DNA of 64,000 nucleotides from assembly GCA_038134595.1 (NCBI GenBank), contig JAYPVM010000001.1, positions 291,359 to 355,358 of the forward strand, written 5' to 3'. The notes below the pieces were generated by a model. It was not told the DNA's origin. It saw nothing but the letters and a program-made list of their open reading frames with translations, and did no database searches. Below, piece after piece: positions 1 through 9,479 of the stretch (positions are counted from its first letter, which is position 1; the number at the start of each line of letters is the position of its first letter). Source of the stretch: Pseudomonadota bacterium. Its GTDB lineage: Bacteria > Bdellovibrionota_C > UBA2361 > OMII01. A program made the translations under genes and the position numbers.

Positions 1-368
1 GGGATCGGCCGGTTGTTTTGGTCGACGGCTACCATAACGACCTCGGCGGTGGTAACTTGAATCGTTTGTAGCTGGTCCACGCCTCTTGTCGCTTCAACTT
101 CAATTCGGATGGTAATAGAAGACGTGCCTCGTCTGAGGGTTTCGCAGTAAAAGCTAACGGCATCTCCCACAAAAACTGGGGCTATAAACTCAACTTCTCG
201 CATTATTTTAGTGACGTATTTTTTGGGGGCTACAGTGCGCGCATGCTGACCGGCCGCCAAGTCGATAAGACTTAAGATATGTCCCCCGAAGATGCTTCCC
301 ATAGCGTTGGTGTCACGGGGCATCATAATGGAGCGGATTGCGGGGTTTTTTAGGTTTTCAGTGGTCAT
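1..368 (-). CDS. acyl-CoA thioesterase (hotdog fold, YciA family), 3' end runs off the window
   Basis: Manual translation from ATG at 368: MTTENLKNPAIRSIMMPRDTNAMGSIFGGHILSLIDLAAG...VEFIAPVFVGD...; P-x-D-x-N-x-x-G-x-IFGG motif. Not in the ORF track. Confidence 0.88.
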   Translation of the reverse strand, partial: MTTENLKNPAIRSIMMPRDTNAMGSIFGGHILSLIDLAAGQHARTVAPKKYVTKIMREVEFIAPVFVGDAVSFYCETLRRGTSSITIRIEVEATRGVDQLQTIQVTTAEVVMVAVDQNNRPI

Positions 369-655
369 AATGGTGTTGAGTGTACGTTATTCTTTAATCT
401 TTGCGTAGAGAAAAATTCCGTCGGGATACTAAGAATCGCTGAGCAGGACATTTTTTAATAGCCTGTGTTTTGGTAGTGAGGCAGGTCATCACACGCTTGC
501 TATTTGTTTCGATACAGTTCTATGCGGAGTTGCGAATGCCATTGATAGAGATGCCATAGATAAAAATTGTCAAAGATAGATCTATGGGGTCATGCGACCG
601 GTGTGTGCCGATATCTATTGTTGATGGTGACGCCATCGTTTTTTGGGGGGAACAT

Positions 656-1015
656 ATGAATCAAGCTGCAAGAGAAACTGAGGGGCAAGATACTGAATTA
701 GAGTTGGACAGAGGATCATCGTTAGATCGGACCACTCCGGGCGAGTACATTGATAAGGCACTGCATCTCTTGGGCGCACAACTTAAGAGCGTGGCGGGTC
801 TTATCAACGAGCTTGCTCCAGACGAATCAACGATACGCAAAGAGGCCCTTAGTCGAGCGTCAAAGAGATTAGACACTGCGGGGCAGTACATGCTCGATGA
901 AGACGTTTCGGAAAATGTAACCAGCTATCTAGCACGTCATCCTGTTCGTTCACTGGGAGCAAGCTTTGCGATTGGTGTCGTGGCGGCAAATTTGATTCGT
1001 TTGATTAGGAGATAA
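656..1015 (+). CDS. ElaB/YqjD (DUF883)-like tail-anchored membrane protein
   Basis: ATG at 656 after a G-rich RBS; helical body ending in 'YLARHPVRSLGASFAIGVVAANLIR', typical of the DUF883 C-terminal anchor. Confidence 0.6.
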   Translation: MNQAARETEGQDTELELDRGSSLDRTTPGEYIDKALHLLGAQLKSVAGLINELAPDESTIRKEALSRASKRLDTAGQYMLDEDVSENVTSYLARHPVRSLGASFAIGVVAANLIRLIRR

Positions 1016-1019
1016 GAGG

Positions 1020-1427
1020 ATGCTTGATTCGGTGAGAGAGGATCTAGAATCTACGATCACTCCTCTATTAAAGGAGATTCTTGAAGATGCAAGGCGCCTC
1101 GTTCATCAAGAAGCGCAGCTGGTTCGCGTTGAGGTGCAAGAGGAGGCGCGAGCGGTGCGCACGGTAGTGCTCTGTACGATTATGGGAAGTATCGCCGTTG
1201 CGATAGGAAGTGTTTTGGCGGCTTTTACGCTGGTTTATGTGATTGCGGGCAATTGGTTGCAGGCCCCGCTCTGGGTGAGTTTCGGTGCTGTCGCTGTGCT
1301 CGTCTTCGGTGTTGGATTGGGATTTCTTTGGCGAGCAGGTAGAAAATTGCAGGGTATTCGTACTGGCTCCGAGCAGACGTTGCGGGCGCTACGAGAGGGT
1401 TTTGGATGGATGCAGCGAACGATGTAG
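1020..1427 (+). CDS. YqjE/phage-holin-superfamily (DUF1469-like) two-TM protein
   Basis: 'RRLVHQEAQLVRVEVQE' amphipathic helix, two TM segments, then 'EQTLRALRE' tail. Confidence 0.72.
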   Translation: MLDSVREDLESTITPLLKEILEDARRLVHQEAQLVRVEVQEEARAVRTVVLCTIMGSIAVAIGSVLAAFTLVYVIAGNWLQAPLWVSFGAVAVLVFGVGLGFLWRAGRKLQGIRTGSEQTLRALREGFGWMQRTM

Positions 1428-1831
1428 GGCCTTTATCTGCTGAGGAGCTTCGGGCAGAGATTCACGAAACAAGTGAGCTTCTCCGAGCCCATTGCGTTAC
1501 GTTGTGCGCCCATCTCAAAAGGCATCGACAGGCGCTGGTTGCTACGTTGCCAGATAGAAGTGATATCGCCAGCCGTCCCATCTCTTCGTGTGGTATGGCG
1601 TTCTGTTTGGGGGCGCTTGTTGGAGCATTTCGTCTTGATCGTAGCGCATTCAGATTAGTAGGTAGGGCTTCTCGAAGGCTTCTGATTCGGTCAGCAAAAA
1701 CCATCCATCCCGTCGGAAATAGCTTTTTAGGTACCTTGTTACGGGCAGGTGGGGGAACTCCACCGATTTCTCAGAAGCAAAACGGGCGAGCTGTGGCGGT
1801 TGATGAGATTGCATCGACAAAGCAGTTTTAG
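1406..1831 (+). CDS. hypothetical protein (DUF3618/YqjK-like third gene of the triad)
   Basis: N-terminal 'SAEELRAEIHETSELL' resembles DUF3618; one hydrophobic segment; overlaps the upstream gene. Confidence 0.45.
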   Translation: MDAANDVGPLSAEELRAEIHETSELLRAHCVTLCAHLKRHRQALVATLPDRSDIASRPISSCGMAFCLGALVGAFRLDRSAFRLVGRASRRLLIRSAKTIHPVGNSFLGTLLRAGGGTPPISQKQNGRAVAVDEIASTKQF

Positions 1832-2181
1832 GCTGTTGTGACTGAGGAGCGCATGTTTTTGAGTAACAAAGACAGGTGCTTAGTTCATTCCATCCTTCTT
1901 GCAAAGTGCTGCGTGGTGTACCATGATGGGTCAGAGTCGTTGGGTACTAGCAAACAGGGATGGCTTTCCTGGGCTTGGCAAGGGATGCGATAGCTATCAG
2001 TCGATATTTCCGCCATTTTTTTGGTTCTTTTAAGCCGTTTATCCTTGAGCATGATGTGATATTCTTTTATGTCATGGCGCAGTCAACGACTGTGGTAACT
2101 TGGCGCACCGTTTTAATTTTCAAGAGAAAAGGTGCACTGTGTTTAAGAAGCGTGCTGATCAAAAAGTAGTAGTATATCGAT

Positions 2182-4902
2182 ATGTTTGTTTACCTGGCTA
2201 AAAAGATATTTGGAACTCGAAACGACCGATTGTTAAAGATGCTACGTCCGGTTGTTCTTCGTATAAACGATTTAGAGCGTATCTATGAGCCTATGAGTGA
2301 CGAAGAGCTTCGCTCTCAGACAGGGCTTTTTAAGGAACGCTTGTCGCGGGGTGAGGCTTTAGATGATCTCCTTCCTGAGGCGTTCGCTGTTGTTCGAGAG
2401 GCTGCTAAACGTGTCGTGGGTATGCGACACTTTGATGTTCAGCTTATCGGTGGAGCAATTTTGCATAAAAATATGATAGCGGAGATGCGGACGGGAGAGG
2501 GAAAGACGTTGGTGGCGACTCTCCCTTCATACCTTAATGCTCTAACCGGAAGGGGAGTGCACGTTGTTACAGTAAACGACTATTTGGCGCGGCGCGATGC
2601 AGAGTGGATGGGTAAGATTCACACCTTTTTAGGGCTGGAGGTTGGGTGTGTCTACCACGGAATGGACGAAGAGCAGAAAAAAGCTGCCTACCAAGCTGAT
2701 ATAACTTATGGCCAAAACAATGAGTTTGGCTTCGACTTTTTGCGCGACAATATGAAGTTTTCTGCGGGCGAAAAGGTTCAGCGAGACCATTACTTTGCGA
2801 TCGTGGATGAGGTGGATTCTATTCTCATCGATGAAGCACGGACTCCGCTTATTATTTCGGGCCCTGCGGAAGATTCGACCGAGACCTATGTTCAGATAAA
2901 TAAGATCATTCCACAGCTCGTCAGAGAGAAAGATTTTGAGATGGATCTCAAGAGCAAGCAGCCGTCTCTTACAGACGAGGGGATTCGCAAGGCGGAGGGT
3001 TTATTAGGTATTGAGAATCTCTATGATCCTACGAATGTAGAACTGCTTCATCACGTTACCCAAGGCCTTCGAGCGCATAGCAGCTTTGAGCGGGATGTTG
3101 ATTATGTCGTCCAAGGTGGACAGATAGTAATAGTTGATGAATTTACTGGACGGCTCATGCCCGGAAGGCGATGGTCAAATGGATTGCATCAAGCTATTGA
3201 AGCTAAGGAAAACGTTCGCGTGCAACGCGAGAATCAAACCCTTGCTTCCATTACGTTTCAAAATTACTTCCGAATGTATGAAAAACTGGGGGGGATGACA
3301 GGTACTGCCGATACTGAGGCGGGAGAATTTAAGGAGATTTATGGTTTGGAGGTGGCTGTGATACCGACAAACAAGATGATGGTTCGAAAAGATCATGTTG
3401 ATGTTGTTTATCGTACCCGTCGTGAAAAGTACGCCGCTGTTGTTGAAGACATTGAGGAGATCCATGCGAAGGGACAACCCGTTTTGGTTGGTACTGTCAG
3501 TATCGATCAGAGCGAAGCCGTAGCGAAAATGCTTCAAGAGCGAGGTGTCCCGCACAATGTCTTAAATGCAAAACACCATGAGCGAGAAGCTGAAATAATA
3601 GCACAAGCTGGTCGATTGGGAGCAGTGACGATATCAACTAATATGGCGGGTCGCGGTACCGATATCCTCTTAGGCGGGAATCCGGAGTTTATGGCAGCGG
3701 CAGAAACGGGAGTGCGAGATCTCGATGACTCCGAATATCAGGAGGCACTAGTTCGGTATGAGCAACAATGCTTAGAGGAGCATAGGCAGGTTCTTGATGC
3801 CGGTGGTCTCTTTGTAATGGGTACAGAGCGCCACGAATCTCGTCGAATAGATAATCAGCTTCGAGGACGATCGGGGCGACAGGGAGACCCAGGGGAAACT
3901 CGTTTCTATATATCGCTTGAAGATGATCTTATGGTCCGCTTTCAAGGAGAACGGCTTCAGCAGTTGATGCTTCGTATGGGATGGGAAGAGGGGATGGCAC
4001 TTGATCACTCGCTCATGAGTAGAACTATCGAGGGAGCTCAGAAGCGAGTTGAAGCGATGCACTTCGATAGTCGAAAACATGTTACTGAATACGACGATGT
4101 CATGAACAAGCAACGACAGGTTATATATAACCTCCGAAGTCGAGTGCTTAATAATGAGAATATTCGTGAGGAGATATACGAGATTATTGACGATCTTCTC
4201 GAGCAGACAGTTCAGCAAAATTGTGATCCACGACAGAAGCCTGTTGAATGGCCGCTTGATACGCTTGTTGAGCGGTATGAGTTTCTTTTCGGTCGAAAGT
4301 TTTCTTTTCCAGAGACGGTAGTGCTCGAACAGCAGGTGTTATTTGATACCCTACGAGACTCGGCTCGGAAGGTGTATGAAGAGCACGCTGAGGTGCAAAC
4401 TCAAAAATTACAGGGATTAAAGGAGATAGGCGTCTCCCCGCAACTAAATCGGGGCCCTGCTGAGGAGGAGCGCTTTGTCGGTTTTGAGCTTATTGAGCAA
4501 GATACGCTTCTAGAAGCGGTTGATCACTTTTGGAGATTGCATCTACAAGAAATGGATCACTTGCGAGAGGGTATAGGGCTCCGTGGATACGGTCAGAAAA
4601 ATCCCCTACATGAATATCAGCGAGAGGGCTTTATTCTGTTTCAGCATATGCTCATTGAGCTCAAAGAGAACGTTGTGCGAAGGCTTTGTTATCACGATGT
4701 GCCACCGGTCGAAGAGGTTTTAAAACACATCGAAGAGGAGCGGCGAAAGCACGAGGAACGTGAGCAGCAGATGCAGTTAGTCCACGGAAGTGATGTTGTG
4801 TCCTCAGATGGGAGCGACGACGAGGAGCAGAAAGCTCCCGATGGTGAGCGAGAACGGCGTGAAGCGCAGCGCAAGGCTCGGCGCAAAGCTAATAAGCGAT
4901 GA
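2182..4902 (+). CDS. secA: preprotein translocase ATPase SecA
   Basis: MRTGEGKT Walker A, DEVDSILIDEARTPLIISG, TNMAGRGTDI, RRIDNQLRGRSGRQGDPG. Confidence 0.99.
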   Translation: MFVYLAKKIFGTRNDRLLKMLRPVVLRINDLERIYEPMSDEELRSQTGLFKERLSRGEALDDLLPEAFAVVREAAKRVVGMRHFDVQLIGGAILHKNMIAEMRTGEGKTLVATLPSYLNALTGRGVHVVTVNDYLARRDAEWMGKIHTFLGLEVGCVYHGMDEEQKKAAYQADITYGQNNEFGFDFLRDNMKFSAGEKVQRDHYFAIVDEVDSILIDEARTPLIISGPAEDSTETYVQINKIIPQLVREKDFEMDLKSKQPSLTDEGIRKAEGLLGIENLYDPTNVELLHHVTQGLRAHSSFERDVDYVVQGGQIVIVDEFTGRLMPGRRWSNGLHQAIEAKENVRVQRENQTLASITFQNYFRMYEKLGGMTGTADTEAGEFKEIYGLEVAVIPTNKMMVRKDHVDVVYRTRREKYAAVVEDIEEIHAKGQPVLVGTVSIDQSEAVAKMLQERGVPHNVLNAKHHEREAEIIAQAGRLGAVTISTNMAGRGTDILLGGNPEFMAAAETGVRDLDDSEYQEALVRYEQQCLEEHRQVLDAGGLFVMGTERHESRRIDNQLRGRSGRQGDPGETRFYISLEDDLMVRFQGERLQQLMLRMGWEEGMALDHSLMSRTIEGAQKRVEAMHFDSRKHVTEYDDVMNKQRQVIYNLRSRVLNNENIREEIYEIIDDLLEQTVQQNCDPRQKPVEWPLDTLVERYEFLFGRKFSFPETVVLEQQVLFDTLRDSARKVYEEHAEVQTQKLQGLKEIGVSPQLNRGPAEEERFVGFELIEQDTLLEAVDHFWRLHLQEMDHLREGIGLRGYGQKNPLHEYQREGFILFQHMLIELKENVVRRLCYHDVPPVEEVLKHIEEERRKHEEREQQMQLVHGSDVVSSDGSDDEEQKAPDGERERREAQRKARRKANKR

Positions 4903-6074
4903 GGCAAGCAGGGCTCTCTGTTTATATTCATGTGCCGTTTTGTGCCAAAAAGTGCCCGTATTGCGATTTTAACACCTATGCTACCAAATCTATTCCGGAG
5001 GCGGATTACGTTGATGCATTGCTTAGCGAGATGCGTTGGCATAGAGCGCACACGGTGTTGGACCGCGGACCTGCTTTAACCGTATTTTTCGGTGGAGGTA
5101 CTCCTTCTTTACTTGCTCCTACATCTATTAAAAAGCTTATTAATGAGGTCGCTGTTGTTTTTGGGATTTCGCCTGATGCCGAGATCTCGCTTGAAGCAAA
5201 TCCATCAGGGATGTCAGAGGCTGTATATCAATCTTTGCTTGATGCTGGGGTGAATAGACTTAGTTTCGGAGTGCAAAGTTTTGATGAGGCGCAGCTTTCT
5301 CTACTTGGTAGAGATCACTCATCTAAGCAGGCGATGCAAGCAATCAAGGATGCACATCGTGCCGGTTTTAGGCGCATTAGCCTCGATCTTATGTGTGGAG
5401 TTCCGGGGCAATTGTGCGATGGATTTGAGCGAGATGTTACCGTTGCAACGAGTTTGCCGATTGGACACCTATCGGTTTATGCCTTGTCGATAGAACCGGG
5501 AACTCCATTTTTTCAACGCTTTGAAAGGGGGCTTCTCGCTCTGCCGCCGGAGGATGAAGTGGTATCGATGCTCTCGGTCCTGCCGAAGCGTTTGTATGAA
5601 TGCGGATTTTCCCGTTATGAAATAAGCAATTATGCACGCCCAGGGCAAGAAAGTGTGCATAATACAGTGTATTGGGAAGGGAGCGATTATCTGGGATTGG
5701 GTGCGGGAGCACACAGTTTCGTTAGGCAGGGGGGTTGCGAGTATCAGACGGCGCGGCGGTGGAGTAACGTCGCGTTACCTGCGACGTATATGAAGGCAGC
5801 AGGAGATGGTTCGATGATTTCCTGGAGGGAGTCTTTGAGTGAGGATGCACTTTCGTACGAATTTTTCTATCTTGGCCTTCGGATGACTAAGGGGGTTTCT
5901 AAGGATGACTTTTGCCAGAGGTTTGGCGCTACAAGGTGGAGTTTATATGAGGCGACTATCGCGGATCTGATGAAGGAAGGATTGATCGTCGAAGATGGAG
6001 ATAGATTGTTTTTAAGTGAGCGCGGGATATTGATTTCGGATTCGGTCTTTGAGCAGCTTGTTGTGACCCGATAG
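4899..6074 (+). CDS. hemW: radical SAM heme chaperone HemW (HemN-like)
   Basis: YIHVPFCAKKCPYCDF (CxxxCxxC), FFGGGTPS, YEISNYA, HNTVYW, YLGLGAGAHS; ATGA overlaps the end of secA. Confidence 0.93.
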   Translation: MRQAGLSVYIHVPFCAKKCPYCDFNTYATKSIPEADYVDALLSEMRWHRAHTVLDRGPALTVFFGGGTPSLLAPTSIKKLINEVAVVFGISPDAEISLEANPSGMSEAVYQSLLDAGVNRLSFGVQSFDEAQLSLLGRDHSSKQAMQAIKDAHRAGFRRISLDLMCGVPGQLCDGFERDVTVATSLPIGHLSVYALSIEPGTPFFQRFERGLLALPPEDEVVSMLSVLPKRLYECGFSRYEISNYARPGQESVHNTVYWEGSDYLGLGAGAHSFVRQGGCEYQTARRWSNVALPATYMKAAGDGSMISWRESLSEDALSYEFFYLGLRMTKGVSKDDFCQRFGATRWSLYEATIADLMKEGLIVEDGDRLFLSERGILISDSVFEQLVVTR

Positions 6075-6095
6075 AGTGCGTAGGGTGGATAGAGT

Positions 6096-6596
6096 ATGAA
6101 AGTATTCTCAAAGGAAGATATTGAAGCGACACTTCGAGAGTTGGAGATAGAGTTTCAGTCATTTTCGCACCCGCCGGTATTTACCACGGAGGATGTGGCG
6201 TTGTTGGCCAAGCCTCTCCCCGGTGTTGATACCAAGAATCTTTTTTTGCGGGATGAAAAGAAGCGAAACTATATTTTGTTGTGTGTCCGTGCTGAAACGA
6301 GAGTTAATCTAAAAGCGTTGGGTAAGCAGTTAGGCTTTAAGGGGCTTACCTTCGGATCTGCAGAGGATATGTGGGCGTTGTTGAGGGTAAAGCCGGGAGC
6401 TGTTTGTTTGTTTTCTCTTGTTCATGATACGCAGAAGCGGGTGCAGGCTTACATGGACGATCGAATAGGCAAGGCTGAATTGATGCAAAATCATCCCCTG
6501 CAAAACACGGATACTATTGTTTTGCATGCAAGAGATGTGGTTCTCTTTTGCGAGAAAGCTGGACATTCGGTTCAGTTTGTAGAGATCGAAGTCTAG
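6096..6596 (+). CDS. YbaK/ProX-family aminoacyl-tRNA deacylase (prolyl-tRNA editing)
   Basis: HPPVFT, TKNLFLRD, L-x-F-x-S, PGAV, HPLQN-T-x-T motifs. Confidence 0.9.
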   Translation: MKVFSKEDIEATLRELEIEFQSFSHPPVFTTEDVALLAKPLPGVDTKNLFLRDEKKRNYILLCVRAETRVNLKALGKQLGFKGLTFGSAEDMWALLRVKPGAVCLFSLVHDTQKRVQAYMDDRIGKAELMQNHPLQNTDTIVLHARDVVLFCEKAGHSVQFVEIEV

Positions 6597-6660
6597 GAAG
6601 ATGAGTATATGCAGATACTTAGATGGGCCTTTAGGATTTCGCCCAAACAACCCAAGAAAG

Positions 6661-6690
6661 TTGACCTCAAGCCCGAAACTTGAGTACACT
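6661..6690 (+). promoter_or_regulatory. putative sigma70 promoter of the rpmH operon
   Basis: TTGACC-N18-TACACT, about 150 nt upstream of rpmH. Confidence 0.55.
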
Positions 6691-6839
6691 GTGAGGCCTC
6701 ATGGGGGGAGACCTGCCAAGGGGAAGATGCGGTTTGTGGGATAGAGTTTTTACTCAGTGTTGGAAGCAAATAGCCCCATGCGCAGAGCAGAAGATTTATA
6801 TTGCAAGAGAGCTAAAACAATAATTAGGTAGTACACGTC

Positions 6840-7001
6840 ATGAAGCGCACATATCAACCAAGCAACAAGAGCCGCCACTCGACACACGGATTTAGAAAGA
6901 GAATGGCGACCAAAGGTGGACGTAAGGTTCTAAATGCTCGTCGGGCTCGTGGTCGTAAGCAGTTAGTTGTAGCTACGCCTAGAAAGGGGCACTACAAGTA
7001 G
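6840..7001 (+). CDS. rpmH: 50S ribosomal protein L34 (53 aa)
   Basis: Manual translation [53 protein letters not shown]; directly upstream of rnpA; below the ORF-track size cutoff. Confidence 0.98.
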   Translation: MKRTYQPSNKSRHSTHGFRKRMATKGGRKVLNARRARGRKQLVVATPRKGHYK

Positions 7002-7034
7002 AGTTGTCTGCGGATAGCGATAAGGCAGGCGTAC

Positions 7035-7403
7035 TTGTCAGATTTACGTTTAAGAAAACGTTTCCGTTTGCGAAAAAAGAGGGAGATTAAACGCTGTCAG
7101 AACGGCGGTGTTCGGCTGTACTCAAAGCACTTTGCTGTCTTTGCGTGCCCATCCTCAAGTGAAGATAGTCGGCTTGCCATTGCCGTAACAAAAAAAATCG
7201 AGAAACGAGCGGTTGTAAGAAATAAGATCAAGCGACGGATTCGAGAGGTGTTTCGGCTTCATCGAGAAGCGTTTCGAGAACCAACTGATATTGTTGTCGT
7301 AGCGCGTCGGGGAATTCAGTCTTGTTGCTACAAAGATTATGAGCGGGAGATCCTGGGAGCTCTTCGAGCGAAGGGGTTGTTTGCTGGAAATAGCAAGGAT
7401 TAG
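7035..7403 (+). CDS. rnpA: ribonuclease P protein component
   Basis: RLAIAVTKKI-x-K-RAVVRNKIKRRIREVFR (RNR motif), DIVVVAR; synteny. Confidence 0.96.
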   Translation: MSDLRLRKRFRLRKKREIKRCQNGGVRLYSKHFAVFACPSSSEDSRLAIAVTKKIEKRAVVRNKIKRRIREVFRLHREAFREPTDIVVVARRGIQSCCYKDYEREILGALRAKGLFAGNSKD

Positions 7404-7412
7404 GGGGCTTTC

Positions 7413-7643
7413 ATGGCGCGTCATAAGCCTGGCTCACTAGCCGTTGTCGATATCATCCACAGAGCTTACAAGCGTGTTATTTCTCCTCTATTTGGCAACG
7501 CCTGCCGTTTTTATCCAAGCTGTTCTGATTACGCGCATGAAGCGATTGTAAGATATGGATGGTTTCGGGGTGGCTGGCTCGCTGTAAAGCGGCTTGTGAA
7601 GTGCCATCCCCGTAACCCTGGAGGGGAAGACCAGGTGCCGTAA
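7413..7643 (+). CDS. yidD: membrane protein insertion efficiency factor YidD
   Basis: ISP...[11 protein letters not shown]...RLVKCHP...GGEDQVP. Confidence 0.96.
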   Translation: MARHKPGSLAVVDIIHRAYKRVISPLFGNACRFYPSCSDYAHEAIVRYGWFRGGWLAVKRLVKCHPRNPGGEDQVP

Positions 7644-7738
7644 TGGGCAACAAATTGCCTAGTTAGACAAGACTTTTGGGCGGGTCTGTAGTAGAAATCA
7701 AGTCTCGAGAGGATAAACGGTAATGTGTATTAGAGGGA

Positions 7739-9478
7739 GTGTATTCCGTGAGCGATAATTCATCTGAATTTAATCAGCGAAGCATGAAGGCCATCATTTT
7801 GTGCGTGATGGTGACCATTGTCTATACACAGCTTTTTTTAGCGCCACAACAGGCGAGGAATACGACGGGCCAAGGCTCAGCCTCGGCAGTAGCTTCAGGG
7901 CAGGTTGAACGGTCGGCCCCAGACCCTTCGAAGCAGGCTGGATTGCCAGTGACCGCGGTGTCCTCAGTAGCTGGCACCACACAAAAACCGACAGTTACTC
8001 GGGCGCAATTGGATAGCGCGGAGAAAACTCAGGTAGATGTAGGTGTGTCAAAGGTCGCAATTTCTCACCTTGGTGCCAGATTGATTCATTATAATCTGAA
8101 GAATTATCGGCAAGAGGCAACGAGCGCAGAGCCTCTCGATCTTGTGGGCTCGGACGAGCAAGTAGCTGTCTTGCCATTAGGAGTCTATGTCGGCAATAAA
8201 AGTGATGCCGATGTTGTATACACGTTAGCTTCGAATGAAAACAATATAGCACTTGCGCCAAACGAGAGAAGAACACTTGAATTTCGTGGTGTTTGGAGTG
8301 ACGGTACTGGAATTACAAAGCGGATTACATTTACAGGGGGAAGCTACCTCTTTAGTGTCGATGTCGCATTGGATAAACCTGCAGTAAATGGCCAAACAGT
8401 TTGGGTGGAATGGAGTCATCTTTACCCGAGTGAAATCGAAGATGAGCTCCGGATAAAGCACGTAATAACGCTTCTTGATGGTGAAAACAAAATTGATCAC
8501 CTACAGGTTCCGAGTATTGGCCAGGGTATTAAGACCTATGGTGCTGGTAAATGGGTGGCGTTGGGAGATACGTATTTTGCAAGTATTCTTATTCCAGACT
8601 CTATTGGTGCCAACACCGCGGTAGGACGAGCTGATGATCTGTTTTATGGTCGCGTTGCCGGCGGGGCTCAGGGTGGATCGTTTCACGCATATGTGGGGCC
8701 AAAAGATTACAAGTTGTTAGCATCGCAAGGAACGTATCAACTGGAACGTTCGATTGATTTGGGTTGGTTTTCATTTCTTGCCCTCCCTCTGCTGTGGCTT
8801 CTGCACGCACTTTATGGCCTTCTTGGCAATTACGGGGTTGCTATCATCGCACTTACCCTGCTTGTAAAAGCTGTTATGTTGCCGCTTTCAAAGGCTAGTT
8901 TTAGCTCGGCGCGAAAGATGCAAGAGCTTCAGCCCGAGATAAAAGCATTACGCGAGCGGATTAAAGATCCCACTCAGCTTAATCAAGAGATGTTTAGCCT
9001 CTATAAGCGAAAGGGAGTCAATCCGATGGGAGGATGCTTCCCAATGTTGATTCAGATTCCAGTTTTTCTGGGGCTATATAACGCGCTCCTCAATGCCATT
9101 GAACTCAGGCACGCTCCATTTGCTTTGTGGATTACCGATCTGTCGGCCCCTGAGTCACTTGAGATTCTTGGTGTCGGTGTTCCTGTAATGGTGCTTCTGA
9201 TGGCAGTGAGTATGGTGTATCAGACGTGGACAACTCCGAATCCATCGGCAGATCCGAATCAACAGAAGATGATGATGATTATGCCACTCGTATTTGCGGG
9301 GATGTTTATCGTGTTCCCTATGCCTGCAGGGCTTGTTCTGTACTGGTTGGTAAACAATATTATTTCTATCATTCAACAGCTGTACATGAGAAGTGCTGAG
9401 AAGGGTTCTGTATATGTAGGCACCGCAGTTGCCAGTGCTGTAATTTTTGGTGTCGGTGTAGTACTTACCTTAGTTTGA
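7739..9478 (+). CDS. yidC: membrane protein insertase YidC
   Basis: N-terminal TM, periplasmic domain, YVGPK, GNYGVAII, NPMGGCFPMLIQIPVF, WITDLSAP, GLVLYW. Start may be the GTG at 7748. Confidence 0.97.
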   Translation: MYSVSDNSSEFNQRSMKAIILCVMVTIVYTQLFLAPQQARNTTGQGSASAVASGQVERSAPDPSKQAGLPVTAVSSVAGTTQKPTVTRAQLDSAEKTQVDVGVSKVAISHLGARLIHYNLKNYRQEATSAEPLDLVGSDEQVAVLPLGVYVGNKSDADVVYTLASNENNIALAPNERRTLEFRGVWSDGTGITKRITFTGGSYLFSVDVALDKPAVNGQTVWVEWSHLYPSEIEDELRIKHVITLLDGENKIDHLQVPSIGQGIKTYGAGKWVALGDTYFASILIPDSIGANTAVGRADDLFYGRVAGGAQGGSFHAYVGPKDYKLLASQGTYQLERSIDLGWFSFLALPLLWLLHALYGLLGNYGVAIIALTLLVKAVMLPLSKASFSSARKMQELQPEIKALRERIKDPTQLNQEMFSLYKRKGVNPMGGCFPMLIQIPVFLGLYNALLNAIELRHAPFALWITDLSAPESLEILGVGVPVMVLLMAVSMVYQTWTTPNPSADPNQQKMMMIMPLVFAGMFIVFPMPAGLVLYWLVNNIISIIQQLYMRSAEKGSVYVGTAVASAVIFGVGVVLTLV

Positions 9479-9479
9479 T

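Noticed and set aside
1020..1427. Holin as evidence of a prophage
   Set aside because: No endolysin, integrase or structural phage genes; context fits a YqjE-like housekeeping triad.
1960..2169. 69-aa ORF just upstream of secA as a SecM-like arrest peptide
   Set aside because: No signal peptide or recognisable arrest motif; looks like promoter or UTR sequence.
6706..6718. GGAGACCTGCC resembling the 3' end of a cobalamin riboswitch
   Set aside because: The other conserved riboswitch elements are missing and the downstream genes are unrelated to B12.
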